A DNA stretch of 64,000 nt from Bryobacterales bacterium. Its GTDB lineage: Bacteria > Acidobacteriota > Terriglobia > Bryobacterales > UBA6623. Positions 55,509 to 64,000 of the stretch are shown one piece after another. The stretch covers positions 1,382,211 to 1,446,210 of the forward strand of contig OY729427.2 in NCBI GenBank assembly GCA_963422375.2. The letters run 5' to 3'. Position 1 is the stretch's first letter. Every line of letters begins with the position of its first letter. Under the pieces are notes generated by a model. It was given only the letters and a program-made list of their open reading frames with translations, made no database searches and had not been told where the DNA came from. The position numbers were made by a program, and so were the translations under genes.

Positions 55509-57232
55509 CAGCGGTTCTAGATTTGTCCGTCAAGGGGGTGCGTGAACGTTGTTTCGGAGGATGGAGGATGAGGTGAATCAGTTGACCGAGAGGTTGCGCT
55601 CCCGAGGCCGCCCCGCGGGAGCGTCGGACGGCGGGCAGGGCCGTGGTGCGGCCCGCGTCGCGGGTCCGCCGAGTGCCGAGCCCGCGACCGGACGCACTCC
55701 GGCGGTAGCCGGCTGCGACGGCCGGACGCTGGCCGGACGCTGCCGGCACGAAACTGCGCGGAGTCCAGGCCCAGGCTGCCTGGCAGCCCGGAGGCGCGCG
55801 TCCGTCGCGCACCGCCGCCAGCAGCGTCCGGCCGGTCCGGGAAGCGGAACCAGCGCGGCGCGACCTGCAGCTCCCGGAACAGGGCGCGGCGCGTGACCGG
55901 CTGGCGCCGGCACTGCTGCCACAGCGCGCAGACGCACTGCAGCACGGCGCGGAGCGCGAAGGCGAACAGGTTCGGCACGGCCGGCACGTTGGCCGGCCCG
56001 TCCTCGCCGTGCCCGAAGTTGCGCTTGCAGTTGCGGCCGTGCCGCGCCAGGCAGTTGAAGCCCTCGTTCTCGATCTTCCAGCGCGCCCGGCCGGCCCGCG
56101 CGATCCGCTCCGCGTTGTCCGCGGTGACCGCGAGACCGGCGAAGAAGCTGCTGGCGCAGGTGCGCTTGCCGTCGCGCTCCACGGCGTACTCGATCCAAGT
56201 GCCCTGCAGGGCGTCGCGGCCCTTGCGCAGGGGCGCCGCGGCCGTCCGGCGGAAACGGTGCCGCTCGGACCGCTTGCCCTTCCCGCGCCGCGGCAGCCAG
56301 CCGGTCGAGCGCACCGCGCCGCTCGCCCGCCGGCTCTCCGGCACCTCGTGCAAGTGCTTGCGGGATCCGGGCTTGCCTACCCGGATGCAGTCCATGCCGG
56401 CCGCCGCGGCGGCCTCGCAGACCGGCTGGCAGCAGTGCAGGTCGTCGCCCGGCAGGACGGGGCGGCAGGCCTGCAGCCAGGCGCCGTGAGCGGCGAGCCA
56501 GCGCTTGGCGGCGTTGCGCTCGCAGTCCCGCTTGCGCTCGTCCTCGCTCATGTCGGCGCGGGTCGCGGCCGCGTCCTGCTGCGGGCGCGCGAACTCGGGC
56601 ATCAGCGGCAGGACGGTGGCGTGGCCGTCGGCCACCGCGGTGGCCGACGGCCATGGTGCGGAAGTGATGCGGCCGGCGCTCGCTGCCGACGCGCCGCACC
56701 GAGCACTGCGGGCAATGCACCCTGTCGGAGCGGTGGAACCGGACGCCGTCCGGAGCCGCCGGCAGGCGCTCGTCGAGGCGCTGGAAGGGCTCGAGCGCGC
56801 CCTGCGCGGCCACGGTTTCGAGGCACGGCCGGAACAGCGGGTCGAACGCGGCCGGGTCGCGGTCGTCGAGCAAGTTGCGGATCCGATTGTCGCAGGGGAT
56901 GCGGCCCGCGCCCAACAGGGTCCGGCAGTTGCAGCGGGAGCCGTCCCGCTCCATGCGCCGCTGGAACTCGAGGAACGACTCGCACCGGGTGCAGAAGCAG
57001 GCCGGGGCGCAACCGGCGGCGTCGCTGACCTCGTAGCGCTTGTTGCTGCGACCCTCGCGCCGGTCGGGCAGGCCGGCGGCCGTCTCGCGGAAGGCGCTCG
57101 GCAGCGAGTCCAGGACATGGGGCATTCACCCCAGCCCACACATTCCGCAAGTAAAAGTCAAGTGCCAGACTGCCTTCGACACCTTTCTCAGGCACTCTGG
57201 AAATCCCAAGATGCCCAAATTGAGAATCGCTG
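55509..57232 (-). mobile_element. IS4-superfamily (DDE, YREK-type) insertion sequence, 1,724 bp; family not resolved (ISNCY/IS4-like)
   Basis: Terminal inverted repeats CAGCGGTTCTAGATTTG (55509-55525) and CAAATTGAGAATCGCTG (57216-57232) match at 14 of 17 positions. A 9-bp direct repeat flanks the element. The single transposase gene fills the interior. Confidence 0.75.
55517..57125 (-). pseudogene. DDE transposase of the IS4 superfamily, split over at least two, probably three, reading frames
   Basis: The N-terminal part (MPHVLDSLPSAF...RVHCPQCSVRRVG) is in one frame. The catalytic and C-terminal part (ATVLPLMPEF...DCERNAAKRWL...RARWKIENEGFNCLARHG...NFGHG) is in another, with the switch near 56620-56660. 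A further shift is likely near 55830. Confidence 0.7.
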
Positions 57233-57241
57233 CCTCTCGGG
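57233..57241. repeat. Target-site duplication CCTCTCGGG (right copy)
   Basis: See the left copy at 55500-55508. Confidence 0.7.
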
Positions 57242-57431
57242 CAATCCGAGCGGATCTCCGACTCCAGAGGTGCGACGGGGAGGTTCCGACGCTGCCCGCC
57301 AACCTCCCCGACCATTGCGAGGGCCACGGCGACGCCCGGCGACGGCACGCTCGGACGCCCCGCCTGCTGATACGCTGGAGCCTAGGGCCGGCGGCGGAAC
57401 GTCCTGCAAACGACCCTGGCCGTCGCGAACC

Positions 57432-57806
57432 ATGAACCTAGACTTCACCAAGTGCGACGGACTGGTGCCGGCGATCATTCAAGACCACCGTGACGGACGA
57501 GTGCTGATGCTCGGATTCATGAACGAGGCAGCATTCGCCAGAACCGTCGAGTCAGGCAGGGTGACGTTCCTGAGCCGCACGCGCAACACTCTCTGGACCA
57601 AGGGCGAGACTTCCGGGAACTACCTGCTCGCGAAACGCATCGAGGTGGACTGCGACCGCGACACGCTCCTCATCCACGCCGAGGCAATCGGCGCGGGCGT
57701 GTGCCACGACGGGTTCCGCAGCTGCTTCTACCGCGAGCTGAGCGGCGGTGACTGGGTGCGCCGCGAACAGCGGACCTACGATCCGGATCGCGTGTACGGC
57801 TCCTAG
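57432..57806 (+). CDS. hisI: Phosphoribosyl-AMP cyclohydrolase (monofunctional)
   Basis: GLVPAIIQD...VLMLGFMNEAAF...TLWTKGETSGN...DCDRDTLL...GAGVCHDGFRSCFY. At 124 aa there is no HisE domain. Confidence 0.9.
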   Translation: MNLDFTKCDGLVPAIIQDHRDGRVLMLGFMNEAAFARTVESGRVTFLSRTRNTLWTKGETSGNYLLAKRIEVDCDRDTLLIHAEAIGAGVCHDGFRSCFYRELSGGDWVRREQRTYDPDRVYGS

Positions 57807-57826
57807 GGCGGCACTTCGCTCCGGCC

Positions 57827-59101
57827 ATGCTCCGCGTCATCTCCAGCCGCAATCGGGAGGCCCTGACGGCCCTTCGACGGCGTCGCGCCAGCCGTCTGTC
57901 CGATGCGGAGCGAGTCGTCGCGCCGATTCTCGAGGCGGTCCGGCGGCGCGGCGACGAGGCTCTCGTCGAGTTCGCGCGGGAGCTGGACGGACTCGAGCGC
58001 GAGTCCCCTCGAGTCCCCGCCGCGACGCTGCAGGAGGCCCGCCGGGGGCTGCGACCCCCTTTCGCCGACGCGGTGCGCTTCGCCGCCGCCCGGATCCGAG
58101 CCTATGCCACGCGCCAGATGCCGGTCGAATGGATGGAGTCGTGGGAGCACGGCAGCCAGATCGGCCAGATCGTCCGGCCCCTGGACTCGATAGGAGCCTA
58201 CATTCCGGGGGGGCGCTACCCGCTGCCATCGACGCTGATGATGACGGCCGTCCCAGCCCTGGCCGCGGGCGTGGCGCGCGTGGCGATCGCGTCCCCGCGG
58301 CCGTCCGGCGAAACCCTCGGGACCGCTGCTCTGCTCGGGCTGGACGAGGTCTACGCCGTTGGGGGCGCCCAGGCTATCGCGGCTTTCGCCTTCGGCACCG
58401 AGAGCGTCCCGCGGGTCGACCGGATCGTCGGACCCGGGAACGCCTACGTCGCGGCGGCCAAGAAGCTGCTGGCCGGGGAGGTCGGCATCGACTTCGTGGC
58501 AGGGCCCACGGAAATCGTGCTCGTGTTCGACCGAGGGGATGCGGGAGCGCTGGCCTCCGATATGCTGGCGCAGGCCGAGCACGACGTCGATGCCGCCGCC
58601 GTCCTGCTCACGCCCGCGGCCGACCTCGCCGCCGAGGTGGCCTCCGAGATCGAGCGCCAGCTGCCCGCGCTGCCGACGCGCGCCGTGGCGGCCGAGGCGA
58701 TCCGGCGCAACAGCGCCGCAGTCGTCACGAGCAGCCTCGAGGAGGCCTGCGACGTGGCCAACCTGTTCGCTCCCGAGCACCTCGCGGTGAGCGAGTCGGT
58801 GCCGCTCGCGGCGATCCGCAACGCCGGGAGCGTCTTCGTCGGACGCTGGAGCCCCGAGGCAGCGGGCGACTACGCCGCGGGGCCGAACCACGTCCTGCCC
58901 ACGGGCGGCGCGGCGCGCCTGCGCGGAGGCCTGTCCGCCGCGGATTTCGTCAAGGTCATCGCGGTGCAGAAGCTCTCGCGGGAAGGGCTGCAGGCGCTCG
59001 CCCCGGCCGTCACAACGCTCGCCCGGGCCGAGGGGCTGGAGGCGCACGCCCGGTCCGTCGAAATCCGCACCGGCCCGGCCGGTGGGGCCGGCCATGCCTA
59101 G
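57827..59101 (+). CDS. hisD: Histidinol dehydrogenase
   Basis: PLDSIGAYIPGGRYPLPSTLMM, AQAEHD, APEHL and GDYAAGPNHVLPT motifs. 424 aa. Confidence 0.95.
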   Translation: MLRVISSRNREALTALRRRRASRLSDAERVVAPILEAVRRRGDEALVEFARELDGLERESPRVPAATLQEARRGLRPPFADAVRFAAARIRAYATRQMPVEWMESWEHGSQIGQIVRPLDSIGAYIPGGRYPLPSTLMMTAVPALAAGVARVAIASPRPSGETLGTAALLGLDEVYAVGGAQAIAAFAFGTESVPRVDRIVGPGNAYVAAAKKLLAGEVGIDFVAGPTEIVLVFDRGDAGALASDMLAQAEHDVDAAAVLLTPAADLAAEVASEIERQLPALPTRAVAAEAIRRNSAAVVTSSLEEACDVANLFAPEHLAVSESVPLAAIRNAGSVFVGRWSPEAAGDYAAGPNHVLPTGGAARLRGGLSAADFVKVIAVQKLSREGLQALAPAVTTLARAEGLEAHARSVEIRTGPAGGAGHA

Positions 59102-60155
59102 CGCTCCCGCGCCGCGCGAAGCCGTTCGGCGCATGGCGCCCTACAGGCCGCCGCTCGAGGGCCGCGGCGACAAGCTGCGGCTCGACTTCAACGAGAACGT
59201 CGAAGGCTGCTCGCCGAAGGTCCTGGACGTCCTCCGCGAGCACGCTCGAGGCGGCTTCCTGTCGACGTACCCGGAGTACGCCGAGGCCCGCCGAAGGCTC
59301 GGCGCCCATCTCGGCGTGGGCGAGGACCAAGTGACGATCGGGGCCGGCACGGACGAGGTCATCAGCGCCGTGCTGCACGCCTACGTTGACGACGGCGACG
59401 AAGTAGTCATTCCCAAGCCCTCCTTCAGCATGCTCCGCTTCTACGCGGAACTCGTCGGAGGGACGTCCAAGCTCGTGCCGTACCTGTCGCCGGACCTGGC
59501 GTTTCCGGCGGACGAGATCGCGAGCGCCGTGGGACCGCGCACCCGCGCCGTGTGCATCGCGACACCGAATAACCCGACGGGGGGAGTGATGACGGTGCCC
59601 CAGGCGGAGCGGATCCTGCGCGCCGCGGACGGGCGCGCCGTCCTAGTCGACGAGGCATACTTCGATTTCCACGGCGAGACCATGGCGGATCTCCTGCCGC
59701 GCTGGCCCAACTTGTTCGTGTCCCGCACCTTCTCCAAGGCGTACGGCATGGCGGGCCTGCGCATCGGGGTGCTGGCGTCCCAGGCCCAGAACATCGCGGT
59801 CGTGCGCAAGGGCCAGTCCCCGTACGGCGTCAGCTCGCTGGCAGTCCGCTGCGCGATCGCAGCGGTCGAGGACAGCGGGTACGTGCGCGGGTACGTGCGC
59901 CGGGTCCTGCGGGCTCGCGAATTCCTGTGCCAGGCGTTCGACGAGATGGGCATCCGCTACTGGCCGAGCCGCGGCAATTTCGTGCTCTTCGAGCTGGGCG
60001 ACCGGGCGAGAAGCGCCTGCGCCGCCCTCGCCGCGCGAGGGGTCCTCATCCGCGACCAGTCGGCCCATCTGCCCGGCACGGCCCGCGTCACAGTCGGCCC
60101 GCTGGAGGCGACCGTGCGCTTCCTGCAGGCATTCAAGGAGGTGACCGGGCGATGA
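59094..60155 (+). CDS. hisC: Histidinol-phosphate aminotransferase
   Basis: LDFNEN, NPNNPTG-type PNNPTGG, and the PLP-Lys motif SRTFSKAYGMAGLRIG. The ATG at 59094 overlaps the hisD stop (a GTG alternative lies at 59082). Confidence 0.9.
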   Translation: MPSAPAPREAVRRMAPYRPPLEGRGDKLRLDFNENVEGCSPKVLDVLREHARGGFLSTYPEYAEARRRLGAHLGVGEDQVTIGAGTDEVISAVLHAYVDDGDEVVIPKPSFSMLRFYAELVGGTSKLVPYLSPDLAFPADEIASAVGPRTRAVCIATPNNPTGGVMTVPQAERILRAADGRAVLVDEAYFDFHGETMADLLPRWPNLFVSRTFSKAYGMAGLRIGVLASQAQNIAVVRKGQSPYGVSSLAVRCAIAAVEDSGYVRGYVRRVLRAREFLCQAFDEMGIRYWPSRGNFVLFELGDRARSACAALAARGVLIRDQSAHLPGTARVTVGPLEATVRFLQAFKEVTGR

Positions 60156-60829
60156 GAGCCGACATGCTTGTATTCGACATGGACGGCGTCCTCGTGGATC
60201 CGACCGAGACCTTCCGTAGAGCGCTGGTCGAGACGGTGCGCTACTTCGCCGGAGTGCGGCTGAGCCAGGACGACATCGTGCGCATCAAGAACGGCGGCGG
60301 GTATAACGACGATTCCGACATCGCCATGTTCGCGATCCGCTCGGCCGGCGGCGCCGCCGAGCTGGACGAGGTGCGCGAGTTCGGGCACCGTCTGTACTGG
60401 GGCGAGGACGCGGACGGGCTGATTCGGAACGAGCGCTGGCTGGTGCGGCCGGGCGTGCTCGAGCGACTCGCCGCAAAGCGGCGCTTGGGCATATTTACCG
60501 GGAGGGGCTCGAAGTCGGCGCGCCACACTCTAGGTCGCTTCTGCCCGGCGATCCGGTTCGACCCGGTGGTGACGAACGATCTCGTCGCGAGGCGCAAGCC
60601 GGCTCCCGACGGCCTGCGGTACGTTCAGCGGGCCGCGCCCGGCTCGGAAGTCGTGTTCGTCGGCGACAATGTGGACGACTGCCGGGCCGCGAACGGGGCC
60701 GGCGTCAGTTTCGTCGGCATCGCCTCCCCGGATACCCCCCGGCACGACGAGACCCGCGGCCTCTTCCGCCGGATGGGCGCGCTGCACGTGCTGGACAGCG
60801 TCAACGACCTAGAGGGAATCCTGGCATGA
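60152..60829 (+). CDS. HAD-superfamily hydrolase (subfamily IA-like) embedded in the his operon
   Basis: Motif [10 protein letters not shown], motif II-like FTGR, and motif IV GDNVDD. ATGA overlaps join it to hisC upstream and hisB downstream. Confidence 0.8.
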   Translation: MRADMLVFDMDGVLVDPTETFRRALVETVRYFAGVRLSQDDIVRIKNGGGYNDDSDIAMFAIRSAGGAAELDEVREFGHRLYWGEDADGLIRNERWLVRPGVLERLAAKRRLGIFTGRGSKSARHTLGRFCPAIRFDPVVTNDLVARRKPAPDGLRYVQRAAPGSEVVFVGDNVDDCRAANGAGVSFVGIASPDTPRHDETRGLFRRMGALHVLDSVNDLEGILA

Positions 60830-61434
60830 GCGCCCGTCGTGCGGCGCATGTCGAGCGGAACACCCGCGAGACCCGCATCGCCGCCGAGCTGAACATCGAC
60901 GGCGAGGGCCTCTACAACATCGGCACGGGCATCCGCTTCCTAGACCACATGCTGGAGACGTTCGCGCGACACGGGGCGTTCGACCTGACGCTGCAGGCCG
61001 AAGGCGACTTGGACGTCGACCAGCACCATACCGTCGAGGACTGCGGCATCGTCCTCGGCCAGGCGTTCGCCGCCGCGCTCGGCAGCAAGGAGGGGATCCT
61101 GCGGGCCGGGTATTTCCTCATGCCGATGGACGAGAGCCTCGCCGCGGCCGCCGTGGATCTGAGCGGCCGACCGGCCTTGGTGTACAGCGCGCCTAGCCCG
61201 TTCCAGATGGTCGGGGACCTCCAGGCCGAGCTGCTGCACGACTTCTTCGACGGCTTCGCGGTCCACTGCGGAGCCAACGTGCATCTCAGGGTGCTCTACG
61301 GCCGCTCGAGCCACCACCGCGTGGAAGCTCTGTTCAAGTGCTGGGCCAAGGCCATGCGCTTCGCCTGCAGCACCGACCCCCAGATGAGGGGCCGCCTGCC
61401 CAGTACGAAGGGGATCCTCGAGAGGGGCGCTTGA
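60826..61434 (+). CDS. hisB: Imidazoleglycerol-phosphate dehydratase (monofunctional)
   Basis: [28 protein letters not shown] and HHRVEALFK motifs. At 202 aa there is no N-terminal phosphatase domain. Confidence 0.95.
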   Translation: MSARRAAHVERNTRETRIAAELNIDGEGLYNIGTGIRFLDHMLETFARHGAFDLTLQAEGDLDVDQHHTVEDCGIVLGQAFAAALGSKEGILRAGYFLMPMDESLAAAAVDLSGRPALVYSAPSPFQMVGDLQAELLHDFFDGFAVHCGANVHLRVLYGRSSHHRVEALFKCWAKAMRFACSTDPQMRGRLPSTKGILERGA

Positions 61435-61435
61435 A

Positions 61436-62047
61436 GTGACCGCGGTATTCGACTACGGCGCCGGCAACCTGCGCTCGGTCTCCAATACGCTCGAAAGCGT
61501 CTCCGCCCCGTTCCGGATCGTCTCGGACGCCGCCGGGCTCGAGGCCGCCAGCCGCATCATCCTCCCGGGCGTCGGGCACTACGGCCAGCTGCTGCGGTCG
61601 CTGGACCGGCTGGGCGTCCGCGAGACGCTGGTCGAGCGAATCGCCGCGGGCGTGCCGTTCCTCGGCATCTGCTTGGGCCTGCAGGCTCTGTTCGAGAGCA
61701 GCGAGGAAGCGCCCGAGCGAGGCCTCGGAATCCTGCCGGGGCGCGTGACGCGCTTCCCGCAGGAAGCGCGCGTGCCCCAGATGGGCTGGAACTGCCTCCA
61801 GCCCCAAGGGTCTCCGCGTCTCCTGCGAGGGACCGGAGCCAGCCCATACGTGTACTTCGCCAACAGCTTCTACGTGCCCGCGCCCGCAGCCGGAGCGGAC
61901 GCCGCCGCCCTCTGCCGCTACGCCGGGCAGACGTTCTGCGCGGCCCTCGAGCGCGGCTGCATGTTCGGTGTCCAGTTCCACCCGGAGAAGTCCGGGCCGG
62001 TGGGCCAGCGCATCGTGCGGAACTTTCTCGGAGCCGGGCCTTGCTGA
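61436..62047 (+). CDS. hisH: Imidazole glycerol phosphate synthase, glutamine amidotransferase subunit
   Basis: [16 protein letters not shown], the catalytic GICLGLQ, and FHPEKS. Confidence 0.95.
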   Translation: MTAVFDYGAGNLRSVSNTLESVSAPFRIVSDAAGLEAASRIILPGVGHYGQLLRSLDRLGVRETLVERIAAGVPFLGICLGLQALFESSEEAPERGLGILPGRVTRFPQEARVPQMGWNCLQPQGSPRLLRGTGASPYVYFANSFYVPAPAAGADAAALCRYAGQTFCAALERGCMFGVQFHPEKSGPVGQRIVRNFLGAGPC

Positions 62048-62826
62048 CGAAGCGCATCATTCCGTGCCTGGACGTGACCGCCGGCCGCGTCGTCAAGGGC
62101 ATCAATTTCGTCGGCCTGCGCGACGCGGGCGATCCCGTCGAGCTCAGTGAGCGCTACAACCGAGACGGCGCCGACGAACTCGTCTTTCTCGACATCACGG
62201 CTTCCAGCGACCATCGCGAGACGATGATCGACGTCGTCGAGCGCACCGCCCGCAAGGTCTTCATCCCGCTGACCGTGGGGGGCGGGATCCGCTCCGTGCA
62301 CGATGCCCGGTCGATTCTCATGGCCGGGGCCGACAAGGTCTCGGTCAACACGGCGGCCGTGGAGCGCCCGGCCCTCGTCCGCGAGCTGTCCGAGGAATTC
62401 GGAGCGCAGGCCGTGGTGCTGGCGATCGACGCCCGGAGATCGGCGCCCGGACGCTGGAATGTGAACACCTACGGGGGGCGCAGGGACACCGGAGCGGACG
62501 CCGTGGCCTGGGCGCGCCAGGGAGAGGATCTCGGCGCGGGCGAGATCCTGCTGACGTCCATGGACGCCGACGGGACGCAGGACGGCTTCGACTGCGAGCT
62601 GACGCGCGCCGTCGCCGCGGCCACACGGATCCCGGTGATCGCCAGCGGCGGCGGCGGCGGGCCCGGAGACTTCGTCCGGGTGCTCACGGAAGGCCGCGCG
62701 GACGCGGCCCTGGCGGCTTCGATCTTCCACTACGGCACTTATTCCTCCGACGCGCTCAAGCTGCTGCTGCGCGCGGAGGGCATCCCGGTGCGCCTGCTGG
62801 AGACGGAGGCGGCCGACCGGCCCTGA
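62041..62826 (+). CDS. hisF: Imidazole glycerol phosphate synthase, cyclase subunit
   Basis: [31 protein letters not shown] and IASGGGG motifs. Confidence 0.95.
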   Translation: MLTKRIIPCLDVTAGRVVKGINFVGLRDAGDPVELSERYNRDGADELVFLDITASSDHRETMIDVVERTARKVFIPLTVGGGIRSVHDARSILMAGADKVSVNTAAVERPALVRELSEEFGAQAVVLAIDARRSAPGRWNVNTYGGRRDTGADAVAWARQGEDLGAGEILLTSMDADGTQDGFDCELTRAVAAATRIPVIASGGGGGPGDFVRVLTEGRADAALAASIFHYGTYSSDALKLLLRAEGIPVRLLETEAADRP

Positions 62827-62907
62827 CCGCGGCGAGCGCCCGCACCCTCGTCCCGTCCGGCGACGTTTCCCCCGCCAATAGCGCGGCCCGGGACTGCCGC
62901 GCCCACA

Positions 62908-62931
62908 ATACATAGCAATTCTATGTATAAT
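62908..62931 (+). promoter_or_regulatory. Putative PadR operator overlapping a -10-like TATAAT, upstream of the padR gene
   Basis: A perfect 8-bp inverted repeat ATACATAG-caatt-CTATGTAT lies at 62908-62928, immediately followed by and overlapping TATAAT at 62926-62931. It forms an AT-rich patch in otherwise GC-rich DNA, 57 nt upstream of the padR start. Confidence 0.45.
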
Positions 62932-62987
62932 GGATCTAGGCATGGGGCCGCGGCGCGGCCCTGCCGAATTGGGAACGAATCCCGCCA

Positions 62988-63338
62988 ATGGACATCGGGA
63001 AGGACTTGGTGGCCGCGTCGTCGTCGCCGCTCGTGCTGGGCATCCTCGCCCAAGGCGAGAGCTACGGCTACGCCATCCTGAAGCGCGTGAGCGAACTGTC
63101 GGCAGGCAGGCTGCAGTGGAGCGACGGAATGCTCTACCCCGTGCTGCACCGGCTCGAGCGACTCGGTGAGATCGAGGGTCGCTGGGGCCGGGCCGACGGC
63201 GGCCGGCGACGGAAGTACTACCGGATCACCGAGCTGGGCCGACGGCGGCTCGCCGCGCGAAAGCGGGAATGGCAGGCCGTGGACGCGACGCTGCGGTCCA
63301 TCTGGGAGTCGCAGCCCGAACCGAGCGGCGGGACGTAG
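62988..63338 (+). CDS. PadR-family transcriptional regulator
   Basis: GESYGYAILKRVSELSAGRLQWSDGMLYPVLHRLERLGEIEGRW...RRKYYRIT is a canonical PadR winged helix. Confidence 0.9.
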   Translation: MDIGKDLVAASSSPLVLGILAQGESYGYAILKRVSELSAGRLQWSDGMLYPVLHRLERLGEIEGRWGRADGGRRRKYYRITELGRRRLAARKREWQAVDATLRSIWESQPEPSGGT

Positions 63339-63356
63339 ATCCGAACGGAGGACACC

Positions 63357-64000
63357 ATGGACGACGCAACAAGCGGGCCCGGGCGGCAGGCGGAAGAGCA
63401 CATTGCCGCGTGGCGAGGCTACCTGCGGAAACACCGGGCGATCGACGAGAACGACCGCGACGAGCTGGAAGACCACCTGCGCAGCCAGATCGCGGCGCTG
63501 GCCGAAGCGGGCCTAGCCGGCGACGAGGCGTTCCTGGTGGCAATCAAGCGCGTCGGGGCGCTGGACGCCCTTACGCGGGAGTTCGCTCGGGAGCATTCCG
63601 AGCGCATGTGGAGGCACTTGGTGGCAGGCGGCGCCTCCGCGGCGGACGGCGGCCGCGCGGGCCGGGTGGAGGTGCTCGCGGCCTGCGGCCTGGCCGTCGC
63701 GGCCGCGCTCTCCGTCAAGGTGCCGTCGCTGTTCGGCGTGACCTTCACGGACGGCAACGAAGCGTTCTACGCCCGCAACGCCAGCTTCTTCGCCCTCCCC
63801 TTCGTCGCGGCCTTCCTAGCCTGGAAGCGGCGCGTCGCGCCCAAGAAGATGGCCCTGGCGGTCGCGCCCTTCGCGGCGATGGCCCTGGCCATCAACGCCT
63901 ACCCGTTCGCCGGGGACAGCGCGACGCTGCCGCTCGCCGCGCTGCACCTGCCGATCGCCCTGTGGCTCGTAGCGGGCTACTGCTACACCGGAGGGCGCTG
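63357..64000 (+). CDS. Membrane protein downstream of padR (partial, runs off the window end)
   Basis: An ATG is preceded by GGAG. The soluble N-terminal helical part (EEHIAAWRGYLRKHRAIDENDRDELEDHLRSQI) resembles the permease-prefix or DUF1700-like partners of PadR. Hydrophobic segments follow, and there is no stop before 64000. Confidence 0.6.
   Translation, partial: MDDATSGPGRQAEEHIAAWRGYLRKHRAIDENDRDELEDHLRSQIAALAEAGLAGDEAFLVAIKRVGALDALTREFAREHSERMWRHLVAGGASAADGGRAGRVEVLAACGLAVAAALSVKVPSLFGVTFTDGNEAFYARNASFFALPFVAAFLAWKRRVAPKKMALAVAPFAAMALAINAYPFAGDSATLPLAALHLPIALWLVAGYCYTGGR

Noticed and set aside
55010-57431. The missing C-terminal half of trkA on the far side of the mobile DNA (55010-55508 joined to 57242-57431 once the IS is removed).
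   Set aside because: One frame gives vaguely RCK_C-like strings (…APLARRQIPEGLPTSLKEDGNWRPLGQSERIS…, …RCDGEVPTLPANLPDHCEGHGD…). The resemblance is too weak to call without an alignment tool.
62881-62902. The hairpin GCGCGGC-ccgggact-GCCGCGC after hisF, considered as an intrinsic terminator.
   Set aside because: The stem is only 7 bp and is not followed by a T-tract, so the evidence is insufficient.

Overview
This is a high-GC bacterial chromosomal segment, roughly two-thirds G+C by eye. Its envelope genes (TolC, secretin, PpiD) are of the Gram-negative type. I can support about 50 CDSs, and most are housekeeping. They include a di-haem cytochrome c peroxidase, tRNA-Ser(UGA), miaA, ribE-ribD-ftsY, ppiD, uppP, ftsK, glmM, truA, ispA-xseB and a tightly coupled hisI-hisD-hisC-HAD-hisB-hisH-hisF operon. 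There are also two large secreted PHP/DUF3604-type proteins, a GMC oxidoreductase plus small-subunit pair, an orphan radical SAM enzyme and a PadR regulator. Two degraded mobile regions interrupt this backbone. Region 1 (about 14.4-19.2 kb) holds a CRTAC1/ASPIC-type pseudogene, an intact Rpn nuclease gene, an IS30-like remnant, a dead IS1595-family element with both inverted repeats, and an AT-rich orphan segment. Region 2 (about 50.7-57.3 kb) holds a decayed trkA and a low-GC defence-gene remnant. That remnant is a type I R-M hsdM in pieces, with an intact-looking HEPN gene and a nonsense-mutated MNT partner downstream of it. Region 2 also carries a second, 5'-truncated IS1595 copy and an IS4-superfamily element that keeps clean 17-bp terminal inverted repeats and a 9-bp target duplication. 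I saw no rRNA gene and no CRISPR array. I did not find a convincing, complete novel multi-gene system. The most interesting items are the HEPN/MNT-in-hsdM remnant, a 345-bp non-coding IS1595 tail with a 93-nt block identical between copies, an ftsK gamma domain in a separate reading frame, an orphan radical SAM enzyme, a roughly 1-kb non-coding gap, and unusually frequent TAG stop codons. All calls come from reading the sequence and from remembered family motifs. No database search was run.
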